This document shows positions 1 to 10,643 of a DNA stretch of 64,000 bases, piece after piece. Origin of the DNA: a bacterium (GTDB lineage: Bacteria > Bdellovibrionota_C > UBA2361 > SZUA-149 > JAEUWB01). Within the stretch, counting starts at the first letter, position 1; the number at the start of each line of letters is the position of its first letter. Where the stretch lies: contig JAEUWB010000006.1 in assembly GCA_016786595.1 (NCBI GenBank), positions 50,648 through 114,647 on the forward strand, in the 5' to 3' direction. The notes beneath the pieces are model-generated. The model was not told the DNA's origin. It made no database searches and worked only from the letters and a program-made list of their open reading frames with translations. Made by a program: the position numbers and the translations under genes.

Positions 1-280
1 GCGCCAAATCATTCGCTAAACAAGAAGTTGCAATCCCTGCACAGCCCCAAGCTAGGGCTTCAACTACATGCGCAGCTTGTAGATTCGTAAGCCCGATTCC
101 CCCATCTTGCTCGGGGATGATTAAATTTACCAATCCCTGATCGTAGGCCTTGGCGATAACTTTTTCGGGAAAACTCCCAGATCGATCAAAATCTGCCGCA
201 ATCGGCACAATTACTTTTTCGGCAAATTGCCGTGCTGCGGTTTTGAAGGCTAAGTCTACTTCAGAAATAATATTACTCAT
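1..280 (-). CDS. Acyl-CoA dehydrogenase, partial: the first 93 codons lie in the window (start codon = rc of 278-280) and the remainder of the gene lies beyond position 1
   Basis: Reverse-complement translation MSNIISEVDLAFKTAARQFAEKVIVPIAADFDRSGSFPEKVIAKAYDQGLVNLIIPEQDGG... resembles the ACAD N-terminal domain; the ORF runs off the window edge. Confidence 0.65.
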   Translation of the reverse strand, partial: MSNIISEVDLAFKTAARQFAEKVIVPIAADFDRSGSFPEKVIAKAYDQGLVNLIIPEQDGGIGLTNLQAAHVVEALAWGCAGIATSCLANDLA

Positions 281-303
281 GGATAACCTTAATACTAAAC
301 GTG

Positions 304-2604
304 TTACTTAAAATATAGTTCTTCTGCGCCGTCAGCAAAGATCAAGATCTGGCTAGGGGTTACCATGTAGACCTGTTGTCCGGGCTTACGCGTTTGCCAG
401 CGCGGGTGATACGCATAGTTAATCAGCACTGGACCTGATGCTTTAAAGCGCAGGCTTTCAGATTCTTTGACGATTTCAACTGGGTTCACTGCCTGATTGC
501 TCAACCCGAGCTCGTGAATAAGGTCAGCAAATAGCTTGCGTTCCTCCCGGCTCTCCAAACCAGTCACCTGGAAAAAAGGCTTTTTTGAACGGGTTACTGT
601 ACTATATTCGCCATTGATCACGATAATAGAACGATCATAAATTGACTCCTGCTCGTCAAGCCAATTTTGGTCAACTGGAAATTTACTGGGCACAGAAATA
701 ATCACAGCCGAAAGGTCTTTTTCACGCAGGTCGACGTTGTGCTGGTGATCGTAAATTACAGGATAATCGAGTAAGCGGTTATCCGTAAACCACTTTTCAC
801 TAAACTCACGAAAAGTCATCCCGCCTTGATCAACAAATAAAAATGGCTTGTGCTTAACGCTCAATACGAATTGATCCGGTCCATGAATTTCAAACAAACC
901 ATATTTACCTGAATAACGAACCAGCGAAAGGTTGGCATTTGGTTTGTTTGCATATCTTGCCCAGTAGCGTAGATAGCTTTTCGAGGAAGTTAAAATATAG
1001 CGTACGTTAAATAGGCGTAAACGTTCCAGGATCTCACCAGGTTTCATCCGGTTAAAAAAACTCGATTCAAGCAGTTTGCGTTCTCCCCAGCCTAAGGCAT
1101 TACTATTTAATAAGAGTAGCGGGGTAATTAGCTGGGCCGCTGGAGCAGATTCTGCCAAGAGGCCCGGCAATACTGGGCGGTCCAGTAGCAGCGGAATTAA
1201 GCTTGAGAAAAAATGCGGCGAGCCCAGATTAAAGTAAGACGCTGCAGTGCCCTCGATGGCAATTCTTCCAGAATCTGGCAGCGTTTCCAACTGCTGAAGA
1301 AAAGCCATGGCCTCCGTGTAATCGCGGTACTGTTCAATATGAAAATAGTAGGGCCGGCGCTCATGCGCATTAGCAAGATCTGAAGTGCGCACAGTCGCAA
1401 CCAGCATCGCCCAGGCACACAACATCGCTACTACCACGCGATATTTGGATTTGAGTAAAATTGTTAAACCATAGGCACAGACGAAAATATGCAAACAAAA
1501 GATTGGTGCAAGGAATCGATAATAGTGCAGCTTGATTGTTAAAATCTCAGCAAGCCAATTACGTGGAACAACTAAGACAGATAACAGATAAAACCAGGCA
1601 AATAATTGTAGCCTAAAATTGCCGGCTCGTAGAAGCTGCACAAAGCCAACGAGCGCAGCAAGCATGAATAAGCAACCAGTCACTGGAAGATTAAGCAAGC
1701 CAACAATGCTTGGAGCCCGCAGGAACTCCGTGATCAGGCCCGCTCCTACTTCAGGGAATAATGCAATCAATGGGTCGACCAAGTCGTAGCTCAAACCAAT
1801 TTTTTCGCCAGACGAAAGCCATAGATTCCTCGCTAAGGGAATCCACCACCAAGCACTGAGCACTAAGCCCAGAGCTGCCGAAGCTGCAATCCGCAAGCGT
1901 GTGGCTTGATCAAAAATAATCCAAATCAACAAAGTCAGTGCCGCAAATAACGCTGTCAACGGATGACAGAGAATTAATGCGGAAAAAATTATACCTCCGA
2001 AGACGATTCGCTGGCCATGTATCAAACCAAGTAAGACCACGAACAAAATCAAGCCAAGAAATGCAGTCACCTGCCCGTTGGCGATTACACTGACTAGGCC
2101 AATACCGGTATGTAAAAATTTCTCGCTGATTGTCAAAAACAAGCCGCCAAAAAGCAAGGCGCTGACTGCAACTTCACGCGATGAAAAAATCTTCCCTGCT
2201 GTCCAGTAGACCGCAGCTAGAAAAGCAAATGGCATTAAAAAAACTGTCAGATTAAAGCCGAACTCAGGGCTAATTTGCCCAGCCGATAAGTAGAAAAATA
2301 AATTCGAGATTAAATAAAAAAATGGGCCATAAAATGTAAAAGCAGAATAACCGGCAAACCAATTCGGGTCATAGCCATCGATTTTTCCGTGACTGATGTA
2401 TTTGCGCATTAATTCTGAAAGATAAAAATGCGGCGTTAGGTCCCAGCCAGCAGGAATTGTATCAGCCAACATACCGTGTAGGCGGTAAATTAGTAAAAAT
2501 ATTACCCACAAAAAAACAAATCCGCCCATACACTTAAATGCAGAGGTTCGGCCCGGGCCAGGTTTAGATTGAGAAAGCGAATTTTCTTGCGGGGGCAAAT
2601 TCAT
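304..2604 (-). CDS. Large polytopic integral membrane protein (>=12 predicted TM helices) with a ~350-aa C-terminal soluble domain; possibly a membrane glycosyltransferase-like / YfhO-like protein
   Basis: 766-aa ORF; the N-terminal 430 aa are almost all hydrophobic helices and the C-terminus is hydrophilic. The family assignment is a guess from architecture only. Confidence 0.55.
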   Translation of the reverse strand: MNLPPQENSLSQSKPGPGRTSAFKCMGGFVFLWVIFLLIYRLHGMLADTIPAGWDLTPHFYLSELMRKYISHGKIDGYDPNWFAGYSAFTFYGPFFYLISNLFFYLSAGQISPEFGFNLTVFLMPFAFLAAVYWTAGKIFSSREVAVSALLFGGLFLTISEKFLHTGIGLVSVIANGQVTAFLGLILFVVLLGLIHGQRIVFGGIIFSALILCHPLTALFAALTLLIWIIFDQATRLRIAASAALGLVLSAWWWIPLARNLWLSSGEKIGLSYDLVDPLIALFPEVGAGLITEFLRAPSIVGLLNLPVTGCLFMLAALVGFVQLLRAGNFRLQLFAWFYLLSVLVVPRNWLAEILTIKLHYYRFLAPIFCLHIFVCAYGLTILLKSKYRVVVAMLCAWAMLVATVRTSDLANAHERRPYYFHIEQYRDYTEAMAFLQQLETLPDSGRIAIEGTAASYFNLGSPHFFSSLIPLLLDRPVLPGLLAESAPAAQLITPLLLLNSNALGWGERKLLESSFFNRMKPGEILERLRLFNVRYILTSSKSYLRYWARYANKPNANLSLVRYSGKYGLFEIHGPDQFVLSVKHKPFLFVDQGGMTFREFSEKWFTDNRLLDYPVIYDHQHNVDLREKDLSAVIISVPSKFPVDQNWLDEQESIYDRSIIVINGEYSTVTRSKKPFFQVTGLESREERKLFADLIHELGLSNQAVNPVEIVKESESLRFKASGPVLINYAYHPRWQTRKPGQQVYMVTPSQILIFADGAEELYFK

Positions 2605-2630
2605 CAGCTTAGAGTTAACCAGTTTTTAGT

Positions 2631-3509
2631 ATGGAAATAAAATTCCTCAACAAGTTAATAGATTACTCTCAGAGATTTCGCCACGCCAAATATCTGAAAA
2701 TTATTATTGTGCTTTTTCTCGGAGTTATCTTAGCACTAACGATCACAAGTAGCTTGGGGCAACTTGGTCTAGCAGCACGCGTTCAGCCGGGCAAACTTTT
2801 GCAACTCTCACTTATTTCTTTAATTTTTTCCGTGCTCCGCGCAATCCAGTGGAATCAAGCTGCCTTAAACTATGGTCATCGCGAAGCGCTGAGCGCTTCG
2901 ATTGGCACGCAATTTCGTGCTACCTTTGTCGACCTGACAGTTTTTCCGGCACGAATTTCTTCCGATATCTATCGCTATCAAACTCTCAGCGGCATCTCCG
3001 CTCCGGCGAAATTACGAACTGTAGCCACATATCGACTTTCGACAATGATTCCTCTGATCTTAGTTATTTTTTATGCGCTATGCTCCGAGGTCACAACAGA
3101 GATTTGGTCGCTGTTCTTGGCATTACTTGGACTGAGTGTGGGGCTTGTGATCTATAGAATTTTTCGCCGTTATAATTTTTTCAATAGCAGTGATTTAATT
3201 TTACTCGCTAAGCTTGCCGCGCTTGGAGTGCTGGCCTTATTGGTTGATCTTTTTAGGTCCTATTTATTGATCTCAACATTTACGGTGATGCCTTTTGCTG
3301 AATACGCCACTAAACATTTAATCGCGCAGGGGATTGGCGCCCTGAGTGGCCTACCGCTGGGTATTGGCGCAAAAGATCTGAGCTTGATTTACTTTTTTAA
3401 AAGCATTTTGACTTCTCCTCAGGTTGGCGCATTTATCGCAGTGCAGCGGCTTACGGGAGAGCTTTTAGGAGCTTTTCTAGGATTCCTACTATCTCTTAAA
3501 CATAAGTAA
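2631..3509 (+). CDS. Flippase-like / lysyl-phosphatidylglycerol-synthase TM-region-like membrane protein
   Basis: 292 aa with multiple TM helices, divergent from the large membrane protein. The architecture is typical of LPG_synthase_TM-type partners of membrane glycosyltransferases. Confidence 0.45.
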   Translation: MEIKFLNKLIDYSQRFRHAKYLKIIIVLFLGVILALTITSSLGQLGLAARVQPGKLLQLSLISLIFSVLRAIQWNQAALNYGHREALSASIGTQFRATFVDLTVFPARISSDIYRYQTLSGISAPAKLRTVATYRLSTMIPLILVIFYALCSEVTTEIWSLFLALLGLSVGLVIYRIFRRYNFFNSSDLILLAKLAALGVLALLVDLFRSYLLISTFTVMPFAEYATKHLIAQGIGALSGLPLGIGAKDLSLIYFFKSILTSPQVGAFIAVQRLTGELLGAFLGFLLSLKHK

Positions 3510-3621
3510 TTCAGTTACTTAGAGCGCTTACTCGTTGCTACAGTTTTTTAATATTTCTTAAGTCACCCAGCTGCTCGTGAGGGGCATAACGGTGTTGGAG
3601 AATTTAGGATGTAAGGGAACC

Positions 3622-5184
3622 ATGCATAGCTTGAATCATCGGCTGAAAATCACAACTTTAATCGCAGCAGCATTGATTAATTTCTCTCTGACGAATCCTT
3701 CCTTTGCAGACGAGATTAAACGCTACATCGTGTTTAAAAACCAAAGCAGGTCAGTCCTAGCGGCAACTTCTCAGCGGATTCTCGCCCAGGCGCAAGAGCG
3801 AACAACCTTAGCTCATCTCTCCTCAGAGATTGTCAGCATCACAGCAGAGCAAGCAAGTGCTTTAGCTGGCGATGCAAATGTCACTGAAGTAATCGCCGAT
3901 CGCGAAATCAAACTAGTACGTGACCCCAACGACCCACTTTATATCAATGGCTACCAATGGGGGCTTTCACAAATTAATGCACAAGGTCTTTGGGATAGTT
4001 CGACAAATACCTCAAGTGTTGTGATTGCTAATCTTGATACTGGAGTGGATTATACGCATCCGGATCTTGCGCCGAGTATCTGGAGAAATACGGCCGAAAT
4101 TTCTAATAATGGCGTGGATGATGACGGCAATGGCTTGATTGACGATCTCATCGGGTTTGATTTTGCCGATAACGATGCTAATCCAATTGACCTCGATGGT
4201 CACGGCACAGGAACAGCGGGGATCTCTGCGGCACGTGGGAATGACGGCTATGGAATGACGGGCGTTTCGTGGCAATCGAAAATTATTCCGCTCAAAGTTT
4301 TTTCTGACAATGGGCAAGGTTTTCTTTCGGCCGTATTGCAGTCGATCAACTATGTCATTCATTTAAAATCTACGGGTAAGGCCAATATCGCGCTACTAAA
4401 TATGTCCTTTGGTTACCAGGGCTATTCCAAAGCCATCGAAAATGCCTTTGCTGCACTTGATGCCTACGGAATCGTAGCTATTGCTGCAGCCGGCAACGAA
4501 GCAGTTAATAATGATTCGAGCCGCCATGCGCTTTATCCTGCTAGTTTCGACTTACCAAATATGATCTCAGTCGCAGCGAGCACCGAGAATGGCACTTTGG
4601 CATCCTTTAGCAATTACGGCTTGCGTTCGGTTGACCTTGCTGCCCCGGGAACGAACATCGCAATGCCGGTGCCGCTGAGCTATGGTTGGCAGACTCCATT
4701 TGGGCTCGCCGATGGCACTTCATTTTCGGCACCGATTGTTTCAGGCGTTGTCGCCCATATGCTTTCCCAGAATCCAGGCCTTACTCCATTACAAATCCGG
4801 GCGATTTTAAATAAAACGGTGACCCAAACTCCATCATTTCAAGGTAAAACTGTATCAGCTGGGGTTGTCAACGCTTCCAGGGCAGTGCAAGCATCAGTTA
4901 ATCTTCCACTTGCTCGGGTCACCGGCAAGAGCACTGCGCGCGTTGGTCGACGCAACAAGAATTTAGCGGGAGTGAAGGTGCGACTTGTCAGCGAAGATGG
5001 GCGCCTTGCTTATGAAACAAAGACAAATAGCTCTGGGCGCTATACTTTCAGCAACATCCCGCCAGGAAACTATTATTTAAGTCCATCACGAAGAAACTAT
5101 CGTTTTACCCGTTCGAACTACACAACCGGCGATATTATGGGTGGCACAGTTGAGGTTAAATTCTCAGCACGTCGGCGCCGTTAG
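3622..5184 (+). CDS. Secreted subtilisin-like serine protease (peptidase S8) with a C-terminal carboxypeptidase-regulatory-like beta-domain
   Basis: Catalytic-triad motifs DTGVDYTHPDL, HGTGTAGI and GTSFSAPIVSG. Signal peptide MHSLNHRLKITTLIAAALINFSLTNPSFA. ATG at 3622 is preceded by AAGGGA; the listed ORF start at 3577 is a GTG. Confidence 0.85.
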   Translation: MHSLNHRLKITTLIAAALINFSLTNPSFADEIKRYIVFKNQSRSVLAATSQRILAQAQERTTLAHLSSEIVSITAEQASALAGDANVTEVIADREIKLVRDPNDPLYINGYQWGLSQINAQGLWDSSTNTSSVVIANLDTGVDYTHPDLAPSIWRNTAEISNNGVDDDGNGLIDDLIGFDFADNDANPIDLDGHGTGTAGISAARGNDGYGMTGVSWQSKIIPLKVFSDNGQGFLSAVLQSINYVIHLKSTGKANIALLNMSFGYQGYSKAIENAFAALDAYGIVAIAAAGNEAVNNDSSRHALYPASFDLPNMISVAASTENGTLASFSNYGLRSVDLAAPGTNIAMPVPLSYGWQTPFGLADGTSFSAPIVSGVVAHMLSQNPGLTPLQIRAILNKTVTQTPSFQGKTVSAGVVNASRAVQASVNLPLARVTGKSTARVGRRNKNLAGVKVRLVSEDGRLAYETKTNSSGRYTFSNIPPGNYYLSPSRRNYRFTRSNYTTGDIMGGTVEVKFSARRRR

Positions 5185-5524
5185 ACAATTTGGCCCTATC
5201 CTCGCCCGCACTTGGCAATTTCATCAGAAACTGGCATTTAGTATTTTTAAGTTGTTCTCTGTCATTTCCTAAACTCTAGGATCGTCTATTTCGAGTAGAA
5301 GATTTATTTCCCGATTGTTAGGACGGTTGCTGCATAGCTACGTTCTCGCAATTGGGATGACATGTATCAAGGTTTTACCGATCGCATTGTATCTAGAAAT
5401 TACGGCATCAAATTCATCTTGTAGCGATTTGAGTTTTTCCGCGAATTCAGGACGAAAAATTCAAACCGCCGCAAGGTGACGCCACGCTAACCCCATAGAG
5501 GGTGAGTGGCGGGAGAGCATCATT

Positions 5525-5947
5525 ATGTCTGAAGAAATACAAGAAAAATTTGACCCTAAAGCTACCCTGCGCCAAGCAGTTGAGTTCGTTGCCAAGCATG
5601 CTGACGGATACCCAACAGTCGAGGGCCAGCCGCATCTGGCGAGCTTGCTTCGAAGCGTCAAAAAGGCGATCGAGGGAAATCTCAAAATCGTCGAGGACCA
5701 AGCAACTCAAGGCGATTTTCCCAACCAGGCGACAACGCTGATGTTTGCCCTCGAAGGAATTATCGCGCGCGTCTCAAGTTACAGCCCGCTTAACGACTGG
5801 CTTAGAGTCGATACGGAACAGCAAGAGGCTTTTATTCTCCAATGTCAGCACGTTGTTGAATACCTGCGCAAACTCCACGCCTTTCTCAATGAAAAAGTTG
5901 AGCAAGGTTGGGTCGGCAAAGGCGGCGGCACGCCCGGTATCGGATGA
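5525..5947 (+). CDS. Hypothetical protein (140 aa)
   Basis: ATG preceded by GGGAGA; no recognisable motif. Confidence 0.5.
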   Translation: MSEEIQEKFDPKATLRQAVEFVAKHADGYPTVEGQPHLASLLRSVKKAIEGNLKIVEDQATQGDFPNQATTLMFALEGIIARVSSYSPLNDWLRVDTEQQEAFILQCQHVVEYLRKLHAFLNEKVEQGWVGKGGGTPGIG

Positions 5948-6088
5948 ATACCTTGCAAGGGCCGGAGGATTTACTTTCTTCGGCCCTCAAGGCCATTTTT
6001 ACTTAGCGTTTATCGCTGTCATCTCAATCTTTCACTATTTGAAATAATACCTTTCTCTATTCTTCTCGTAATATGTTAAAAATGCTCC

Positions 6089-6709
6089 ATGATAAAATCA
6101 CTCTATAAAGCTCATCCTTGGCACGGCGTTTCAATTGGGGAGAAAGCCCCCGAAGTGCTTAATGCCTATATTGAAATGATTCCAACTGACACAGTCAAAT
6201 ACGAAATCGACAAAGAAACCGGACATTTAAAAATCGACCGTCCGCAAAAATATTCTAACTATTGTCCAGCACTCTATGGATTTATTCCACGCACATATTG
6301 CGGAGAGAGGATTGGCAATTTCGCTTCGACTAAAACTAACCGCCCTAGCATTCAAGGCGACGGTGACCCAATGGATATTTGCGTGCTCACAGAGCGCACC
6401 GTGCAACATGGCGATATTTTAGTGCGCGCTGTTCCTATCGGCGGCTTTAGAATGCTTGATAACAACAAGGCAGACGATAAAATCATTGCCGTACTTTACG
6501 AAGATAACGTCTACGGCAAGTATCGCACCTTGAGTGAATGTCCAGCGAATTTAATTGACCGGCTCAAGCATTATTTTTTGACTTACAAAGAATTTCCGCG
6601 TGATGAAAAACGTGTGGTGGAAATTACGCACATTTATGATGTAAGCGAAGCTCATGAAGTGATTCAGGCTAGCGTTGAGGATTATAATTCGTCGATTGCA
6701 AAGTCCTGA
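6089..6709 (+). CDS. ppa: Inorganic pyrophosphatase (family I)
   Basis: DGDPMDICVL metal-binding signature; 206 aa. Confidence 0.85.
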   Translation: MIKSLYKAHPWHGVSIGEKAPEVLNAYIEMIPTDTVKYEIDKETGHLKIDRPQKYSNYCPALYGFIPRTYCGERIGNFASTKTNRPSIQGDGDPMDICVLTERTVQHGDILVRAVPIGGFRMLDNNKADDKIIAVLYEDNVYGKYRTLSECPANLIDRLKHYFLTYKEFPRDEKRVVEITHIYDVSEAHEVIQASVEDYNSSIAKS

Positions 6710-6744
6710 GATCCGCTTTCAAATCACACTTGAGCAAAATAGTT

Positions 6745-6925
6745 GCTTAGGCTTGAACTTGAACTTCCTCTAATCCTGCTTCAATTCTCACAACAAGATC
6801 ATCGGCTAAGTATCATGATTGCATGGTTGTCACGTAGTCAGTCTAAGAAAAAGAATAAGTTCAAGCCTAAGCTGAAGAATTTCCGTCACTTGCAATCACA
6901 GCCTAGTTCTAAGCCTAAAGCTAAC
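6745..6925. repeat. REP-like palindromic intergenic element (copy 1 of >=7): left arm 'gcttaggcttgaacttgaactt', right arm 'aagttcaagcctaagc' plus 'ctaagcctaaagc'
   Basis: Inverted arms read directly. Lies between the convergent ppa and S1-protease genes. The overlapping 62-aa ORF 6743..6931 is a translation artefact of the repeat. Confidence 0.7.
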
Positions 6926-7049
6926 ACTTAGCTCGCTACTACTTCTAGTTTCTTTTCCGTAAGCTTACTGTCACAAGCTGGCCTTGCAACAGTAAGCAAA
7001 CCCACTTGATTAAAGTGGGTTTGCTAATTGAGTAAAATCTAAAAAGTAA

Positions 7050-8483
7050 TCACTTCTTTTTGATCTTAATCTTTGTCTTTACTTCCGGGCTTAGATTACC
7101 AGCGTTGTCAGTTGCATGTAGCTTTAAACTATACGATCCAATCGCCCGTGGTCGAAGCTTAACTTCATAAATACCCGACCCAACATATTTGGCCGCTACG
7201 CGATTAATTTTCTTACAACCAGAACCTAATTTTCTGCACTCTGCTTTACTCATTTGATAGAGTGCTCGTCCAATCACGCGCGCAATGCCGAGCGAATAGC
7301 CCGGATCAATTGCTCGATAGCGCAGACTACATGAGCCAACCTTGCAATCAGCAGAAAGAAAAGATAGTTCAGGCGCCCTAATATCATTGATCACGACACG
7401 GTAAGACCAATCTGAATCAGCAGACACTTCACCTCCACCATTACTTGCTGTTACTCGACAAGAAATAAACTTCCCAAGAAGATTTTCGACGATAGTTAAT
7501 TGTGCCTGGTTTTGGCCATCAATTTTGGCCTCTTCAGAATTTTCATCATCTTGAAACCAGCTGTAGGTAAATTGGATATTTTCGCCAGTCCATGCACCGG
7601 AATCACACGTCAAAGTTTCTCCGACATATGGGTCGCCGAATAATGTAACATCAGTTTCAAGATATGGAGCTGGTGGTGGAAATGTATAGACCCAGTCGCT
7701 GTAGGCCGCGATACGCGTATAAACACCGTAGGCAAATGAACTTGCACAACCAAATCCCCAACTTGTGATACCTGCTATTTTCCATGATCCATTGCCATCA
7801 GGCACAACCAATGGGCCTCCGGAGTCGCCATTACAGGTATCAACTCCATTTAATTCGCCTGGATCGGATAAAATTCCAGCGCAAAGATGTTTTTGCGGAT
7901 TGAAAAATCGGCCAATACTATCACGACAGGTAGTATCATCTTTGATCGGAATTAGTGCTTGCTGCAGCGTATCTGGCAAAACTGGATAGTCTGGATTTTT
8001 TGTCCCCCACCCTAAAATCGTTGAAATTGTTCCAGCTGTCCATAAGGATTCATCGCCACTTTCGACCAAGGGCACTGCCGGATATGCTACAGGATTTTCA
8101 AGCTTGACTAAGGCAATATCATTAATCTTAAGATAGCTGTCATATAATGGATGCACTGAAATACCCGAAACATTCTCGATTGTTCCATTTTCATTGCTCA
8201 ACGTCGTGCGTCCGACAAGAACCTGGATGTCGCTTGGCCGAGCCCACGCGACACAGTGCCCTGCTGTTACAACATATTGCGGCGCAATTAGTGCGGCCCC
8301 GCAAAAGTGCGCATAGAATGGATTTGTTCCTTTATAAGAGATACTGGCCATCCACGGATACTCACCCTCCGGAGCATTTGACCCATTGATGATAAATGCT
8401 CCCCGGTCAGCAACCGCTGCGGATGCTCCACAGAATGCAAAAAAAGCTGCAAGAATTAATCGAAAAGTCCTATTTTTTAGCAT
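7050..8483 (-). CDS. Secreted trypsin-like serine protease (peptidase S1) with a C-terminal extension domain
   Basis: TAGHC histidine motif, GDSGGPLV serine motif, N-terminal signal peptide. Confidence 0.85.
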   Translation of the reverse strand: MLKNRTFRLILAAFFAFCGASAAVADRGAFIINGSNAPEGEYPWMASISYKGTNPFYAHFCGAALIAPQYVVTAGHCVAWARPSDIQVLVGRTTLSNENGTIENVSGISVHPLYDSYLKINDIALVKLENPVAYPAVPLVESGDESLWTAGTISTILGWGTKNPDYPVLPDTLQQALIPIKDDTTCRDSIGRFFNPQKHLCAGILSDPGELNGVDTCNGDSGGPLVVPDGNGSWKIAGITSWGFGCASSFAYGVYTRIAAYSDWVYTFPPPAPYLETDVTLFGDPYVGETLTCDSGAWTGENIQFTYSWFQDDENSEEAKIDGQNQAQLTIVENLLGKFISCRVTASNGGGEVSADSDWSYRVVINDIRAPELSFLSADCKVGSCSLRYRAIDPGYSLGIARVIGRALYQMSKAECRKLGSGCKKINRVAAKYVGSGIYEVKLRPRAIGSYSLKLHATDNAGNLSPEVKTKIKIKKK

Positions 8484-8589
8484 ATACCCCCCTTACTGCT
8501 TGGCGATAGTTAGATGTGCTTATTGCACATCTAACTTCCCAACGCAAACGTTCCCCCTTATGTTTTTCTCAATAAACTTTAAGAGTGGT

Positions 8590-9675
8590 TTACTGAACTA
8601 TATCTAGTTTCTTCTTCCGTGAGCTTTCCGTCACAAGCTGGCCGCAAGCGGCAGCAATATCCTGCCCTTTGGACCAACGAATCGTCGCGTTCATTCCCTT
8701 AGAAAGTAGCGTTTCTTGCCAGAGTCCAATGCGGTCTCGGTCGGGCGGATAAAAACCCAGACCTGTATTTTCGTTATAAGGAATCAAATTAATCTTTGAA
8801 GGAATATCACGCAACAATCCAGGCAAACGCTTGAGGTCTGCATCAGTGTCATTGACATCTTTCAAGAGCACATATTCAATCGTGATACGCTTGCCCGCCT
8901 TAAGCGGAAAACGCCTGAGCGCGCCGAGCAATGTCTCCAGTGGCCATTTCTTATTAATCGGAATTAATTTCTCGCGCACTTCATCAGTCGTAGCGTTGAG
9001 AGAAATCGCCAGATTTGCTGGGATATTTTCCTCCCCAAAACGATCAATTGCTGGCACAAGTCCAGAGGTAGAAATTGTTACTTTGCGTGATGAGAAATTA
9101 TGCCCGAGGTTATCATTCAAAAGTCGTGCAGCTTCAAAGACATTTTCGACATTATGCAAAGGCTCGCCCATGCCCATAAAAACGATATTGGAAAAAGAAT
9201 CCCTTTCCGGGTCATCCCCGCGCTCGACCACATCATCCTGCACAGCTAAAACTTGGCCAATAATTTCTGCAGCAGTCAGATTACGCGTCAGACCCATCGT
9301 TCCAGTCATGCAAAAACGGCAACCAATCGCACAACCAACCTGTGAAGAAATGCAAAGGGTGTTACGCTTTTCTTGCTTGATAAAAACACTTTCAACCTGC
9401 ATGCCATCGGTAAGCTTAAACAGATATTTGCGTGAGCCATCCTTAGAAAGCAGCACTTCGGCCTTTTCCGGCCGGGAAATCAGGCACTTTTCCTTTAATT
9501 CTTCGCGAAGTTTTTTTGAAAAATCCGTCATCGCATCAAAGTCGGTAACGCGCTGACGATGAATCCATTGAATCATTTGACGCGAGCGATAAGCTGGGAC
9601 TTGGAAGTTTGTCGATAAGTACTCACCGAGCTTAGCCCGCGACAAACCAGTAATGTCAGTTTTTTCAGTATTCAT
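8590..9675 (-). CDS. rlmN: 23S rRNA (adenine2503-C2)-methyltransferase RlmN (radical SAM)
   Basis: CAIGCRFCMTG radical-SAM cysteine motif and RlmN-like N-terminus; 361 aa. Confidence 0.85.
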   Translation of the reverse strand: MNTEKTDITGLSRAKLGEYLSTNFQVPAYRSRQMIQWIHRQRVTDFDAMTDFSKKLREELKEKCLISRPEKAEVLLSKDGSRKYLFKLTDGMQVESVFIKQEKRNTLCISSQVGCAIGCRFCMTGTMGLTRNLTAAEIIGQVLAVQDDVVERGDDPERDSFSNIVFMGMGEPLHNVENVFEAARLLNDNLGHNFSSRKVTISTSGLVPAIDRFGEENIPANLAISLNATTDEVREKLIPINKKWPLETLLGALRRFPLKAGKRITIEYVLLKDVNDTDADLKRLPGLLRDIPSKINLIPYNENTGLGFYPPDRDRIGLWQETLLSKGMNATIRWSKGQDIAAACGQLVTESSRKKKLDIVQ

Positions 9676-9708
9676 AGTTGCTTCAACGATACTACTATTT
9701 CTTTTTCA

Positions 9709-9786
9709 GCTTAGGCTTAACCCTACGCTTACGCCAAATGGGAAGGGTAAGGGAAAGTTCAAGCCTAAGCCTAAGTTTTCCTCGCA
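9709..9786. repeat. REP-like palindromic element (copy 2): 'gcttaggcttaa ... gggaagggtaagggaaag ... aagttcaagcctaagcctaag'
   Basis: Inverted arms with a purine-rich loop; lies between ndk and rlmN, which are co-oriented. Confidence 0.75.
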
Positions 9787-9887
9787 AGCCGATCTGTTGA
9801 ATTAAAGAAAACGACTAACAATATAATTGCGAGCGAATTACAACAGAGAAAAAATCCCCGCAACGACGTATTTAGCCAAAATCACAC

Positions 9888-10298
9888 TTAAAACTCTGGG
9901 AAGAAAAATTGGATTTCCTTGCGTGCGTTTTCCAAACTATCTGAACCGTGCACAGTATTGGCATCGATACTGGTCGCAAAATCCGCCCGGATTGTTCCTG
10001 GAGCTGCCTCTTTCGGGTTAGTTGCACCCATAATTTCACGGTTAAGCGCGACAGCATTTTCGCCTTCAAGCACGCTGACCACCACAGGACCAGAAGTCAT
10101 AAATTCAACTAAGTCTTTAAAGAATGGACGCTCGCGGTGAATATCATAAAATGATCCCGCCAGGTCCTTAGAAAGTGTCAGCATTTTTGTAGCAGCAATT
10201 TTCAGACCGCGATCTTCAAAACGAGTAAAAATCTTACCGATCACGTTCTTTTTAACGCCATCTGGTTTAATAATTGAGAGTGTTCTTTCAGTAGCCAT
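9888..10298 (-). CDS. ndk: Nucleoside diphosphate kinase
   Basis: [15 protein letters not shown] ... NAVHGSDS active-site His context; 136 aa. Confidence 0.95.
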   Translation of the reverse strand: MATERTLSIIKPDGVKKNVIGKIFTRFEDRGLKIAATKMLTLSKDLAGSFYDIHRERPFFKDLVEFMTSGPVVVSVLEGENAVALNREIMGATNPKEAAPGTIRADFATSIDANTVHGSDSLENARKEIQFFFPEF

Positions 10299-10317
10299 TT
10301 TCCTTCCTTTCTATTCT

Positions 10318-10560
10318 TTTTGAGGCGCATTATTATACCAGTTTGCAAAAAGATTCTGAATAAAATCACGATTTTTGCAAACCGGTATAATAGTTGTGTC
10401 GGAGACGCAACTAGCCAATTAATAGCGTTCCCCTCCATTAAAAACATGCAGATGCAAAGTTCATACATATAGAAGGACTGCGTTTTGCGTTTTGTAGCTC
10501 AGATATGATGTTTGCTACAAAATACGAATATTTACGGGGAAAGCTATAATCTTTTTTGTC
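10318..10560. repeat. Copy A of a ~240-bp two-hairpin intergenic repeat (family 2): 'attataccagtttgcaaaaag...tttttgcaaaccggtataa' and 'cgttcccct...ggggaaagctataat'
   Basis: About 75% identical to 52905..53140; contains two internal inverted repeats. Confidence 0.7.
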
Positions 10561-10643
10561 ATAATCGGCAAGTATGGTTCAAAAAACTCATAAATGTTAG
10601 AAACTTAACAAAAATAACGCATCGATCATTAAGCAATAACTTT

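Noticed and set aside
6743-6931. 62-aa ORF listed in the track (MLRLELELPLILLQ...KPKLKNF...)
   Set aside because: It lies entirely within the REP-like palindromic element. The KPK repeats are the translation of 'aagcctaag', so it is a repeat artefact.
8831-9556. 241-aa plus-strand ORF
   Set aside because: Antisense to the well-supported rlmN gene; Ser/Arg-rich composition typical of a shadow ORF.
10512-10643. N-terminal 44 codons of the listed 658-aa ORF
   Set aside because: This stretch overlaps the family-2 repeat and promoter-like AT-rich DNA; the ATG at 10644 (MKSVFKPSP...) begins the hydrophobic domain.
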